A DNA stretch of 63,203 bases, the filler included, from Choristocarpus tenellus KU-1152 (Eukaryota > Protista > Phaeophyceae), in the NCBI GenBank assembly GCA_964200185.2. It is 11 parts of 11 records of this genome, joined end to end, with 100 filler letters (N's around TTAATTAATTAA, not from the genome) between each part and the next. Parts side by side here need not be neighbours in the genome. Positions count along the whole stretch, not along the records: positions 24,780 to 32,602 come from CAXNAD020005534.1; positions 32,703 to 35,556 come from CAXNAD020024179.1; positions 35,657 to 48,460 come from CAXNAD020001698.1; 8 more parts are not named here. The stretch is one strand, 5' to 3'. The number at the start of each line of letters is the position of its first letter. Position 1 is the stretch's first letter. The notes beneath the pieces were generated by a model, which had not been told where the DNA came from, made no database searches, and saw only the letters and a list, made by a program, of their open reading frames with translations. This document shows positions 25,341 to 38,800 of this stretch, in pieces. Made by a program: the position numbers and the translations under genes.

Positions 25341-26129
25341 TGTCTTTAAGCATACTCCTCTTATGAAGATGGACTGGTAAATATGAACGATACAGTAAGG
25401 CAATACAAAGGAAAAATACGACATCGTCATTTATCAGGGGGTGGGCCAACATGAAAACTACGAATACCTAAAATACGGTCCGAACTCGGGTTCTTACTCC
25501 TTGCACAATTGCTCTGGTTCCACTGCAGGAAATACAGTAGTGGAACTAGTAAAATAGTTCACGATCACTTTGGAAGGGTGTTGCGTGGCCAAGGTTAGAA
25601 GTAGGTAACTCATATTATTTTTGAATATACTTGGTAATATGCTCGATTACCATTAGGTACATATTACTACAGATGAGTTGTTTGTATTTGGTGCTCTACA
25701 AACTTGTACTGAAGATAATGGAAGTACCAGATATGTGGTGTATAAAAAAAGGAGTTTTACATGAAATTATCAGGAACTGGTTCCTTTTTTTGGACGACAC
25801 ACACATTTGTGGATATGACACGAGCCATACATATTTGTGCACAGCAACCACGTCATTGGAACTCGCCCATACTGACCAGTTCATAAAACCAACCACACCC
25901 ATAAGATCTGGATTTGACCAAACAGCCAAAAGGACTGTCAGAGAACGAAGATCGATTCTGACCAATCCATTTCTCGGCTGTAACCATGTTCAATCATTCT
26001 GGAACATCTGTTGTGCGTTCAGGTTTTTGTTCTGTTCTGGATTTCCTCAACTGACTTTGAGATGTTCGGGCAAGACCTGTGAAACTCAGTCTCACCCTCT
26101 GAGGTGGAAGAGTTCAGTATGGTGATTGT

Positions 26130-29100
26130 GATTGCCCCCTTGTGCAGAGAGCTCTGGTGCCTTGGCACTTCCACAGTGGTACCCACGCCGAGTATTCAAG
26201 GGGGCTACCTCATGCCACATTACGTCTGACATTACCACTCCCAAACCTACCGCCACATCTAATGCCAACAGCAAGGAGAAGTCGACTAGAAGGAAAGGTA
26301 AGAAGGCGACCTTTAACACAACTGATGGAGGTAATCAGGGGGGTATCATTACTGCCCAACCTTGACTGATTCCTGCATCTACATCTGTAGACAAGGGGAT
26401 TCCTGGTGGCTCGCTAGAGCAGGAAGGGATGGCGGAGTAGAGGCTGAGGGAAGGCCCTGACTGTAATTCGGCCCTGAACCAGTTCAGTGTGTTGACTGAA
26501 GACCACAAGGAAAAATGCGAAGACAGTGTGGCGGCGACGTTAGATATCCAGACGTACATGGATCGCCAACTCGTCTACGCCAAAAAGATTGTCAATGAGG
26601 TGATGGAAGGGGCTCCACATGACCAAGATTTGGTGGCAGCGGCCATGCAAACCTTAACTATGAAGATGAGTAATTCTCACCCAGAATCCAATAACCTGTC
26701 TATATCTGATAATGCTCACAGTAACTCTCTCGCTGTCAAGTCCTTCCCACAAGGACTTACCCCCAATGCGTTCTTGGGATATCCAAGAAAAAGGATGCCC
26801 CCGAGTTTCCAATTTTGGCAAGTTGTTGACTATTTTCAAAAATCATGTGGGTGCCATTGCGATGGTCAATAGACAATCAGTTGAGGCGAACCGCATCCCT
26901 ACCTACGAACAAATTCTAGGCGATATGTGCAAGCGACTTTTTCAACATCAGATACCTAGGGGTACCAGCCCTGACCAAGCAAATGTTCGATCTTTCTATG
27001 CAACTTTCAATGTTGCATCTTGGGAGGAATTTGTGACTGCTAGTCTTAAGCAATTTTCTGTACCTAATGCTTTGGATAAAGCTTTGGATAAAACTTTTCA
27101 TAACATGGTCGATATTTGTCAAGAACCCAAGGAGGATGTTCGGGCATTTGCAAGGCGCGCAACTGAGTCGATTGATTCTTTTATACTTGAGTTGAGAGTA
27201 AACCCTCAAGACAGATGTGACCTCAAACCCGTTGACCTTACCCCCGCCGACCTGGTTTCCCTACTCACGGACCAACTTAGGTACTGTGCGTTCAATGTTG
27301 GTGTTTTACCTTCAATCCTTGGAGTCTTGCGCTCAAGTCCTCAACGGTATGAGGATTTTGCCACTCTTGTTGATGCTGCTGTAGGTCAAGCGTCGGCCAT
27401 GTCGAGTTTAGACAAAGGATCGGTTACCCACATAGTGACATCCAGCATCTCTGCTGACAATCTGTTTAACCTACAATTGATGGATTTGAGATTTGCCGTC
27501 ATGGGGCCGTTACTGAATGTAGTGAAAGGCCTTGTGGCCGACCTTGAGTGAGCTAACTCTGAGACTAGACAGTTGAAAGCCAAAAGATGTACCCAAGTGC
27601 CTGAGAAACCCTGATGATCATTGACTTCACCATGCCCCGAGCCCCACGATTCCCGTCCGATTTGTAAGTTTGAAGGGTGCAATGCATGATTGCGTTGGGG
27701 ACACTCCACAGGTGCCTGCTGGGCCAATCCTGATGGCAGCAATTATCGCCCCTCAAGAAACGTTCGAGAACGATCTGCTAGACGGGATCGGCATGATCAT
27801 CACGCGGAACAGTCATTAGATCGTTTGGTGTCAGCACTTACTGCTCGCCTGAAGACCTCATTGCTTCCAGTCCCTGCGAGTTCAAATAATGATCAAGACA
27901 ACGGTGAACCCAGCGAGAAACACACGAAGACTGGTCAGAAATAGGCGTGCCTTGCAGAGTCTGTTTCCCCGGATCCTGTAGGGTTAGAAAATCAGAGTAC
28001 AACTAGGGACTTGTTGTTTCGGGCAGACTCAGATGTTGAAGAGGTAACACCTAAGACTCAAAGTTTACAACTTTGAAGGTTTGCAAACCAAAAATTGCCA
28101 CAAGCATGACATGTAACCGTTAAAACATAGCCTACTCATTTGATTTGCTTGATACGATAGACCATTGTCAGTCCATACTGAACATTGATTTGTCCATTGC
28201 AATGGTCGCTATTCCCATTGACACTATTAGCTCATTAGCTCATCATCACAACTCACTCAGAAGATCACAGTATATAGGAAGTATAGGAACAGTAGCTAAC
28301 TATCACTCATACAGGCATACTATGTGTTACAGTAGTTATGTTATGGACTCAACCTTGGCTCCTTTCTTCCTTGTGTTACTTCCTCTTTTTCACACAAGTT
28401 ATCAGTTACATATTATCAGTTACATAGCATGTGTTGATTCTTATTTTTTACTTGACTGGCATTACCCATCGTAAGATATCCTGTTCACTCTGCAACACAT
28501 ATAGGAAACACGCCAGGATGCAATATAAACAGAGTTAAAACCATCCTTCAAAACCCTTCTCACCCAAGGTGACAACCCTCTTCATAGAGGATGAATTTCT
28601 TCATTTGAGCATCTCAATGAATGATCACACACTCTCTATCAATCACAGTCTCCTCTGAGTATAACATGCCACAGATGTACCAGTATACATTTCACTTCAA
28701 CCAAAGTCTGATTGAGTAAAACATCCCTTCAGACACACCAGACTGAACCCGCAGGTGTCTTGTTGCACTATGACACACACTTGTTTCTAAACATGTTTAT
28801 CACAGGACAACCGAACCTACTTTCATATCGAACATTGTCTGATTGAGTAAAAGATGCCATCAGACCTACCAGAACAAATTCATCAGTGGTTTGTTGCTCT
28901 ATGACCCTCTTCGTCCCAAATCGGACACATTACAACAATGCACAACTCATACGAAATCAGATTTCAACAGTAACTGCTACATCTGCTCTTTCTTGCTCGT
29001 CACAACCTCTTTTGGGTGTGGGGGAAGTTTCTTTTACACCTCAAATGTGCTGTTCGACTTTTTCATACTGCTGGCACACATCAGCTATCCAACATTATTC

Positions 29101-31824
29101 TAACCCCCCTTGTGTGTTGAATGTTTCATCTCGCCGTACGAATTCCTGGGTATGCAGATAATGAACCTTTAATAAACATTACTGTTGATACTGCTACTGA
29201 CATTCCAATAATATCACACCCAACTCTTTGCAAGGCACCATTCGGGAGATTCCGGCAGGCACTCTGAATTTAAAAGGAGCCAGTGGTAGACCTTATCTCT
29301 AAATGGTTTAACTCAATTTACACTACGACTTGGTGACATATCAATGCCGGTCCAAGCAGTTTTCATACCTAATTTGAGACTAGATAAAATTGAATTGGAT
29401 AGCAGCATCATGTTGGCATTTGGGGCAGTGCTAGATTGGGATAGAGAGGAAATATCGTTTAAAGACAGTGATAAATGCATTCCAGCAACTCACAAAATTA
29501 TTCCCCTTCCCATCTGTTCCCCTCCAAGAGATTTTAGCCAGACTGAACATGTATCACCTCATATTTCAATTTCAGTGATCACATCTGAATTTATTAGACC
29601 ATTACATACAGTAAAAAAGATATACCTTCCCTTGGCATGGAAACGCTTGTTCCAGTTTGTTCTCAGGCACTCCGAGGAACAGCTACCGATGCAGTGGTGG
29701 AACCTATCATTTATACTGGCACAGACCTTCAGCAAGATGACGACATACATCCCCACTGGCAACACATTATGGTCGGTCGAACCCTCACTGGTTGGGACGA
29801 AGATGGAGGATGTTTAGTCAAAATTGCCAATCTTTCTCAAAAAGGGGTCAAGTTACCAGTTAATTTTGTAGTTGGTTATGTCAGCCTATTGGCAACTACC
29901 AATAACTGATGAATGCGAAAGACAAAAAACTGCATTCATCATGCCAGATGGGAAATATGAGTTTCAGAGGTTACCATTTGGAGTACAAAATGCACTGGGA
30001 ACCTTCCAATGCTTTATGTCTGAATTTTTTCCACTATCGGTCCAAGCTCTGGGTTGTTGTTATACTTAGACGATATTGTTTTGGCCTCTCCATCATGGAC
30101 ACACCATAAACAGTTAATCACTACCATACTGTCGAGGTTACAAACAGTAGGGATTGTGTTAAAGCCATCCAAGGCTCAATTTGGCTCAAAGCAAATCCAT
30201 TATTTGGGATATGATGTTAGCACACAAGGAATTGCAATATATCTTAAGCTCGTGTTGAAGCTATTTTAGCTATGAATCCCCCTCAAACGGTGAAAGGCTT
30301 ACAATTTTTCCTAGGTTCTATGAAGTTTTTCAGGAAATATATTCCTCATCTAGGAACAACAGAAATGTTAGTTAAATTGATTTGCCATACACAAAAGGGA
30401 AGTCCAAAAAGAGATCACACCACCTTAAAGAAATCACGGAAAGATCACGATGAAATCTCATCTAGATGGAATCGACCACAACAAACTGCTATTGGTGAGT
30501 GCAGTCGACTTTTAGCCTTGACTCCAGTTCTAGATTTTCCTGATTTTTGAAGGAATTTTTTATCCATGTAGATGCCAGTAATGTTGGGACAGGGGCATTT
30601 TTGGTCCATAAAAAGGATGATGGCAATTTTGATATAATTATATGCCATAGTGCCTTACTTTCCCCCTCCCATATTCTGCCAAACAAAAAGAGTACCTTGC
30701 AGTTATTCTGGCAATTCAACACTGGAGACCAAATGTTTGGGGTAAACACTTCACAGTTATTAGTAATCATTCAGCCTTACGATGGCTTCATACAATGCAT
30801 GACACGTCCAATCTGTTAACTCGGTGGGCTCTAGCTCTGCAAAGTTTTGATTTTACTGTCCTTCATAAGCCTGGTAGATTACATTACATCCCAGATATGT
30901 TGTCACATCCTCAACTGGAAGAAATCTGTGAACATGAATCTGAACCAGCACCCCTAACCCCTGTACATCGAAATGTGGGCACAGAAACCACTAACTACTA
31001 CAACTTCTCAAGCAAGTAAGGTATACCCTGCCTATATATTTGTCTGTGGATCGACTAGGTGAAATTACTAGGGTGGCAAATGACTCTGAGCTCTTTACTA
31101 ATCCCATCAATGTTTTCCCAATAATTGATACTAAGTTCTAGCCGAAGCCCAACATGATCAGTTTGGAGCATATTTTCAATATCTGGCAGACCCGAGTAAT
31201 GTAACAGTACAAAATAGGAAACGGCCTACACCATGTCATATTTTTTCACTCAGGAACGAGAGAATAATATCTTTTACTCTACCGGTCTTACCAACCCGGT
31301 TCTTCGAAAAAATGGAGAATTTCGCGATCAGGTGGTAGTCCCAACGGAGGTGCAGGGGTTTAATTTTACATGCCCTACATGATCATAGAGTTACAGGTCA
31401 TCTTGCTTTCAAACACATATTTGATCGGGTTTGAGATAGATTTTGGTGGCCAACCTTACACAAAGATGTGAGGATGTGGTGTGAAACTTGCCAGTCCTGT
31501 TAAAGGTGGAACACCCGTACTCCACTACCTTCAGGACATAAGCCTGTTACACATCCATTTCAACAGCTTGCTATTGACCTAGATAAATGGAAGACCATGT
31601 CAGACGGTACAAAATATGTGTTATCTGCTGTAGACCATCTTACAAGATTCGCAATCTTGGTTGGCATTGCAAATAAAAAAGGAAAACCCATGGCTAAAGC
31701 TCTTGTCGATAGTATTTTTTCCATCTTTGGTCATCATGAAACACTCCACTCTGACCAAGGCAGAGAATGTGAGAATAAACTCCTGACTGAGTTGCGGAAA
31801 GCGTGTGGATATCATAAAACCAAG
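26130..31824 (+). mobile_element. Decayed Ty3/gypsy retrotransposon (gag-PR-RT-RH-INT)
   Basis: gag-like ORFs at 26489-27944; protease VDTAT ~29185; RT YWQLPI..KTAF..YEFQRLPFG and YLDDIV at 29880-30080; RNase H HVDASNVGTGA and RWALALQSFDF; integrase HHCC, VDHLTRF and HSDQGRE. Many frameshifts and stops. Confidence 0.93.
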
Positions 31825-32081
31825 GAGTGAAAGTATCTTAGAGCGTACGAGTTTTGCCCTGTTTTCCATTTGTGGCTTGGCTTCCCATGTTTTTATTAAT
31901 GACATTTTCCTACTCCAAAACATTTCGAGTAGGTAAAATATATATATTATGAAAAGGTGTGTCCAGAACAAGGATATAGAGACTTCCCAACAAAAATGAT
32001 AGCCAAAACTACACCAAAATAGCAAGATTGGATTGTAGCCCCCAAGTGGACGTGGATTTACCCTCTAAGATACTTTGGGTC
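31825..32081 (-). mobile_element. MITE subfamily A inserted in the gypsy integrase
   Basis: GAGTGAAAGTATCTTAGAG ... CCCTCTAAGATACTTTGGGTC; the interior is the reverse complement of A. Confidence 0.9.
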
Positions 32082-32702
32082 AATATTCGTATGTGATTGA
32101 TAAAAAAATGTCTGCAATGCTCTGTTCATACGCCAAGCAACCCATGCAAGCAAAGTTAGGATAAACATCAGAAAATGTTGTTGTACTGTTGCAGTATTAT
32201 GTTTTACATTAGCAATACAGTCCAGCAAGTTGATGATTAACAAGAGATCATCCATCAACTTCTCTGACATTCAGCAAATGTCACATAACCGTCATGTTTG
32301 AAATGAGAACAACACACTTTCACTCGATTTGTGTGACAACAACCGCAACCAACATAGTATATTCTGCATCATAAGACAATTGTGAAACTCTGATTGTACA
32401 CAACATTTCTACAGAACCGACAACATACACAAAATAACTAATATATACGCACATGGCATCAATTCCATTCATACCTTTTCCAAACATTTCTACACGCATA
32501 CATCCCACAATGTAACTCATGGAGGGGGGGGGGGGGGGGGGGGGAGAAATTTCCCCCATTTTATTTATTACAGCCTCCCCAAAAATATATTTTTTTTTGG
32601 TGNNNNNNNNNNNNNNNNNNNNNNNNNNNNNNNNNNNNNNNNNNNNTTAATTAATTAANNNNNNNNNNNNNNNNNNNNNNNNNNNNNNNNNNNNNNNNNN
32701 NN

Positions 32703-33026
32703 TTGTCGATAAGCCTTGTGAGGGCAAGGTGGGTGGCTGTGCAGACAAGGTTACAACCTGCACGAACGATGATGTCTGTCGTTAGTTGGCAAATAGTACT
32801 CTGCTTACTTACGCATTGTTTACTTGGAGCAAAAAGAGGGGTAATGGAACCCCCCGCATGATCGAGGCTGTTGTCGTACTTGTCGATAAGCCCTGTGAGG
32901 GCAAGGTGGGTGGCTGTGCAGACAAGGTTACAACCTGCACGAACGATGATGTCTGTCGTTAGTTGGCAAATAGTACTCTGCTTACTTACGCATTGTTTAC
33001 TTGGAGCAAAAAGAGGGGTAATGGAA
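32703..33026. repeat. 177-bp tandem duplication (exon+intron unit of the transposase)
   Basis: 32703-32849 is nearly identical to 32880-33026. Confidence 0.9.
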
Positions 33027-35310
33027 TGTGTTTTTGCGATGTAGAGCACATACAACCGACTTGCTGAAATACATGTCTGTCGGTTTCCCTCCTCGTTACT
33101 TAGCTCTTACGCTCCTATCGCCCTTCCGAAGCTGAGGCGTACGAGGGCAGGGGAGCACAGCGCATCATGAGTACATCGACTGTTCACCAGGCCTGCCGTA
33201 TCTGTAGGTAAATCGTGCAAGGATGTATTCGTCCTCGGGTATCTAACCTGCGGCAGGTCCCCTCACCATGATGTTAAATCAAATGGCGCGTGCGCAACCA
33301 ACATCTATTCGGTTGTGTGATTGTTGAGTCACAACCCACAATACGTACCTCCTCCAAGATTTAGAGGAGTGAAGAACACCTCCGTAAACTGGCCTTCGAC
33401 GTGTGCGGCCATGATCTTCTGGCGCTCGGAGTAGCCCCTGATAACAAGGACATGAACCAAAGAAACGTGTAAAGAAAGGTGTTACGGTGCATTATCATCA
33501 CGATGAACGGAATAGGTAGTGTTATTATGTGCGTCTGTTTTGGCGGTTATTTCTTGGGACTTTGCACTCATTCGTTGAATAAAACAGGGTGGTCTATTCT
33601 GTGCTGCCTGCGGCTGCAAACTTGTTGACAAATTGACTATGCATGCGTGCGTGTGGTTACCTGTCACCGTCGTGAGTAGGTGGGTAAAGTGCTGGGAGGG
33701 CGTGGGATGTCTGGTTCGCCGCTTCTACAGACATGAACACGAAGCCGAGAGGTTTGCCGTCGGCCTTGGCCCGCATGGCGCTGCTGGTGTTGTTGGCGAT
33801 GACCAGTCGATCCGCTTGGATAATCTGGCGAATGGGGGAGAGCAACATCACGTCTGTAAATAAATCAAATAAATCTGCTTAGAGGTGTAAAAAAATGGCC
33901 ACTTGTTAACACGTACCAGGTACGTGACAAAACTCGAGTGTAGGTAAAAATATGTGTTTGTCTTTGCTCCTGTTTTTTATTGCTGTATTCAAGGCAAGCA
34001 CAGTATTATCGGGATGGGAGCAAGTACGTGCGTACAGGGCCGGAAGACCGCAACGCGGCCTGTCCCTCCCACAGCCCGTTGTAGATGACCAGGAAACAGT
34101 CTATCATACAAGGTGTTTGGGTAACTAATAACAACAGTTTTGCGCAGAGTGAGGCTGCTGCTGCTGCCATAAGCACCTGCATCGGAATCTTCATTCGCAA
34201 AAAGCAACAGATGTTGTTCCCAATGGAGGGCAATGACGGCGACATGTTGCCACTGTACGATTGTTGCAAAATTAACGCTGGACACCTACCTTTCGATGGT
34301 CTGACAGCTCCTTGTCAATGGACTTGAGGACAGTGGAGTCGTTCATAGGTTTTACACCAGGTGCACCGTACCGCTTCTCTTTTAACATGACACATATGTC
34401 ATATTTAATAAATTCGCCTCCTACCCTCACCCTGATGTTGGGCCTGTCATCTCTGAGCAATCGGAGGAAGTGCACCTTGCTTACCCACTTGGAAGTGTTG
34501 TCAGGATACACCCGTATTGCCTCTTTGCAAAAATCCTTGTATAGCTCCTAATTAATAATGTTGGTTTTGTTGGCAAGTGAGGAGGTATTGAGAAGGAGCA
34601 CTCGAAGAACACCGCTGCATGATCTCTCGAAGCCGGCTGACCAATAACTTGGCTGACAACACAGAAGACAGGATCAAGCAAGCTTACATTGTAATGAAAG
34701 AGCAAATACAATGATCTTCGTAAATCTGCCAAGAGCGTCATTCTGTTCGGGACTTACTGCCGTTTGCAGAAACAGTAAAGGAGGCGAATCTACCATCATC
34801 ATCATCGTCATCGTGAAGCGCTTGAGATATACGAAGTACACACTCTTACTACCAAGGTCAGACCGGTCCTGGGGCCGCAGAGTAGGTGTACACAGTGGTA
34901 AAATAACAGTTACTGTGCTTTCCTCCGTAAAAGCGACGAAGAGTATCATCATCATCATTATAGTCTCGACATAACAAACGAAAAAAATCGGACTTCGTAT
35001 GAAGCTTCACATTTTTTTTAACCATAATCTCAGACCGGTCAAAGTAATAAACATCCACCACTCGAAATACTCCTTCGATCCACTTCTTCTATGTACTGCT
35101 GGATCGCACGGTTTGCAACTAACTCCAATGCAGGGTGTGTCCAACCTCTCCACAATCAAGGGCAAAACCTACCTCTTTGTTCGCGGCATAAATCACAATT
35201 GCGGTCTTGTGATGCATGAACTGTCCGTACGTATCCGCCCAGTAGTCTATCCAGGATATCACTAGGTCTCGCTTCGGAGCCATGTCCTTCTCTTTGTTCT
35301 TGCCGTTCAT
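32703..35310 (-). pseudogene. Intron-containing Sola-like DDD transposase (DUF7869-type motifs), degenerate and truncated by the contig end
   Basis: In-phase exons: ~35310-35173 (SWIDYWADTYGQFMH..NKE), 34547-34290 (ELYKDFC..SKVHFLRLL..FIKYDIC..LSDHRK), 33824-33661 (ADRL..FMSVEAANQTSHALP), 33437-33349 (KIMAAHVEG..NLGG), 32934-32813 (GCNLV..HLAL..[+1 shift]PLPLFLLQVNN). Confidence 0.7.
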
Positions 35311-35710
35311 GTTATAGTAGCGTACGTATGCATATATGGATGGGAGTTGTGTTGGAGGTGGATATAAGGGGCGGGGGATGGAATCGTAGAGGGATCGTAA
35401 GCCAGCAGCGGATCTCTAATTCTGTAGGTATTTACGGGTGGTAACTGCAGCAGCAGCGCAGGGACGGCCGGATGAGATGATATTGGTTGAAGCATAAATG
35501 AACGTATCAAACATGTACATACACATATATGTAAAACATAACTCCACGCTGGAGGGNNNNNNNNNNNNNNNNNNNNNNNNNNNNNNNNNNNNNNNNNNNN
35601 TTAATTAATTAANNNNNNNNNNNNNNNNNNNNNNNNNNNNNNNNNNNNNNNNNNNNTTATTTTTTTTTGTTTTTTTTTGTTTTTTCTTTTTTTTTTTTTT
35701 CCATCTTGCT

Positions 35711-35890
35711 GACCCAAAGTATCTTGGGGAGGGGGGGGGGGGGGGTCTACACCAGGGTGTCCATTTTGGGACATAATCAGGAAATGTGTACTTATATTAT
35801 TCATCCGACATACCCAAACAAATCACCAAAAAAATGTGACATGAAAAATTTGTTCCCAGATGGACAGTCCCCACCCCGATATTTTGAGCC
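35711..35890 (-). mobile_element. MITE subfamily B
   Basis: GACCCAAAGTATCTTGGGG ... CCCCGATATTTTGAGCC; reverse complement of 44889-45066. Confidence 0.85.
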
Positions 35891-38800
35891 CTTCTCAAGT
35901 CGCTCAAGGATGAATGAAGTGTAGGAAGGTTTTTTGTACATTTTTTCCGGAAAGACAAGTGTACCATCGTGGTTCCGATTCTGATCGTGTGTTTCTGAAT
36001 CTCTCCAGACGAAGCAAGAGCATGCACGAAAGTAAGACATGCGATTGGCTCGTGTTAACGCGCAGGCCATTTCTATTGGCCCAAATGGCGTGCTTGTATT
36101 CTTGAAGCATGTACTTGGTATCCTTCAATGGTATTCCTTAATAGTTCCCATTTGTATTTTTCTACAGAATATGTTCACCTCATTATTCTTTCTATTAGTT
36201 CTTTTTCTGAGGATATTTAGTGTTGTGAAATATTCTCATTCCCAAGAAGCAAAAAATTATGGTATCCAATCGAATTTCTTGATGAACAAGTCACACAACT
36301 TCAACATGGGGTATGCAGCATCGTTACCCTTTTGCACTCCTGTGCTCTTTCCACGTAATGCCTTTTACCCTCAAGTTTAGTATTGTGAATCACTGCAACC
36401 TGAATCACTGCACGACTCGACACATGTGTTCGCAATTACTCGAAACCGAAAATCGAGGAGGGTAGGGTACTTTTCAATTGTTAGCATTGTTTGTTTTTTG
36501 CTTGCTGGTTTGTTTTCCTCGTACGTGAGTGCATGCCTCGCACTCTGTTGGATGTACGATTTGATTCCAATCGAGTAAATATCGAAAATGGTCTAGTCCA
36601 TTCAGCACAAACTAGAAGAAAGTGAATAACCTTGTCTCAATTCACAACAACAACACTGGTCCTCTTCCTGCAATTTCGCGCAGGTTTGCCTGCCTTGCCG
36701 CTTCTACGGTTACGACTTACCTTCCAAGGGCGTCATGGAGGTAAAGTGCCAGAATCATTCTGAGATCGAGGTTGTAACTGTAGGGTAAGATATGTGCAGG
36801 AAAGAGCGAGTGCACTGACGGGACGGAGCACAATACTTCTTTTTACGTGCTCAACTAATGGGTTGCTCTTGCTCTCAACATCCCCTTACCGTTTCAGTCC
36901 ATTTATTATATATTTTTTGCAGTACAATTGCCACAATTGGTTTCTTTTTCACAGTTCAGTCCACTTTTTTCTTATGTTTATTTTCTTAGTTGCGTGAGTT
37001 TTTGTGGACCCGCTTACCTAAACGCTGAGTGGACTGTCAAGCCTTCTGCTATGTCGCTATTGCTGCAGCAATGTCTTTGCAAAACAGGTGTTTTCGTGCC
37101 GGATCATAGAACAGGAGAGCATCACAACGCACTCAAAATCGATACATGATAGATGTAGCAATTAAGGAAGAGGGTATTGGGCAGCTATCTACCTTAGCCA
37201 TGTTTTCTTTTCTCGGGCAGCTTTGGAGTCAATGCATCCTAGAGGAGAGTACGACGGAATCATAGGGATCTATAAATCTATCTATCCCTGGTAGGGACTT
37301 CTTTTAGTCTTTTCAATCACTTGTATATTAATCCACTCTCAACACCATGGCGAAGAATGGTATACCTTCATCCAGAAGGTTTCATCCGCCAAATGCTTGC
37401 AAGGTTGCTGCTCTATTGACCGCCCTACTCCTTGCCCAACACCAAATATTTCAAGATCATTGCTGAGAAGAGGGCAGTTGTCCTCCCGGATCCCACCCTT
37501 TCGGAAAGGGTAGCTACCATCAAATCAAGCACCCAAGAGGTGTGTGTGTGTGCGTGCATGCGTGCATGCATACAGGATGTTGCTCTGGGCTGGTCCAGAG
37601 CACGTTCTATCTTTGACCCCACCCCCAAAAATGCAGGATGCATTGCAGTGCCGCGCACTCTTGTTCATGGATGGTTGTCTGGAACTTGCCTGCCAATTTA
37701 ATGCATAACAAACTTGCTAGCACACGGAACGCCATCCCGCGTTTCCCTGGAGAAAATCTTTGTGATTTTTTCTCATATTTTGTGCGTGAATCAGAATGAA
37801 AGTCTTGTGCACCCCCAACTGTAGGTGGCAAGGATCACTGTTGGGATCTTCTTGGTGCTTTTGGCCAACGCCTCATCTTGTTTTGATGGGAGACAAAAAA
37901 TCCCACCACGTTCAAGAGTCAACCACCGGTGTTCCTCGTGGTACACCCTAATGCTGTCAATGTTGAGTCTAATTCATTGTATATATTTACGATAACACAT
38001 CATGGGCATAAAATCAATGCGCAAGGGTATTGTTTATCTATATGATACTGAAATTTGAAAACAAACCCCAAAACAGGTAGCTCACAAATGCTAGGAACTG
38101 TGTCTTTTAATAGGAAAGAAAGGGATGCGCTATAAATACACATCCCCTCTACTTGCGTAAGTATATGCCGCTTCAATCCTCGGGGTGTTGTACCTGTGTC
38201 TGAGCACAAGAAACGGTTTCGGCTATCTGACCCTTCATTGTGTTGTAGAAACAGTTTTTATGGAGTGAGGTGGTGAGGTAAGTTGGAATTGAATTCTGGA
38301 CTGTATTGTTTGATCTGGTTGCATGAAGTCATAAGGGGACGATTCATCAACATGAGACAATGTTCTGTGTGCGTTGTTCGAGTCGTACGTTAAAAATCGA
38401 ACCGATTGTGGTTGTGGTCTACGATGTTGAATATTTCAGTGTAAGTTAATTGTGATTGAGTCATCGGGTAATGATCATTTAAATTTGCCAATCAGTCTTG
38501 CAGTCGTTGCAGAAGTGATGACTCTTACGAACGTTTTTTCCGTATGTAGTGAATTCTAACACTCTTCTATTTTCTTCGATTTTCTTCGATTTTCTTCGTT
38601 TTTTCAGCAACTCGTTGTATTGTTGAGGTAAAGTATATTGCCTTCTTCTGCCCTTCGACCAAGGATTTGGGATCGCTAACGCTATTGTTGTGAAGAGAAA
38701 ATATCATTAATCATATCACCTAGTATGGTATTATAGTGTCAATTATTATTCCAACATCCTCATGACATTTAAGAAGGTAAGTACATTACTGTTCTTGTAT

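Noticed and set aside
32703-35556. CpG-rich contig as an endogenous virus insert
   Set aside because: No viral hallmark motifs; a spliced transposase explains it better.
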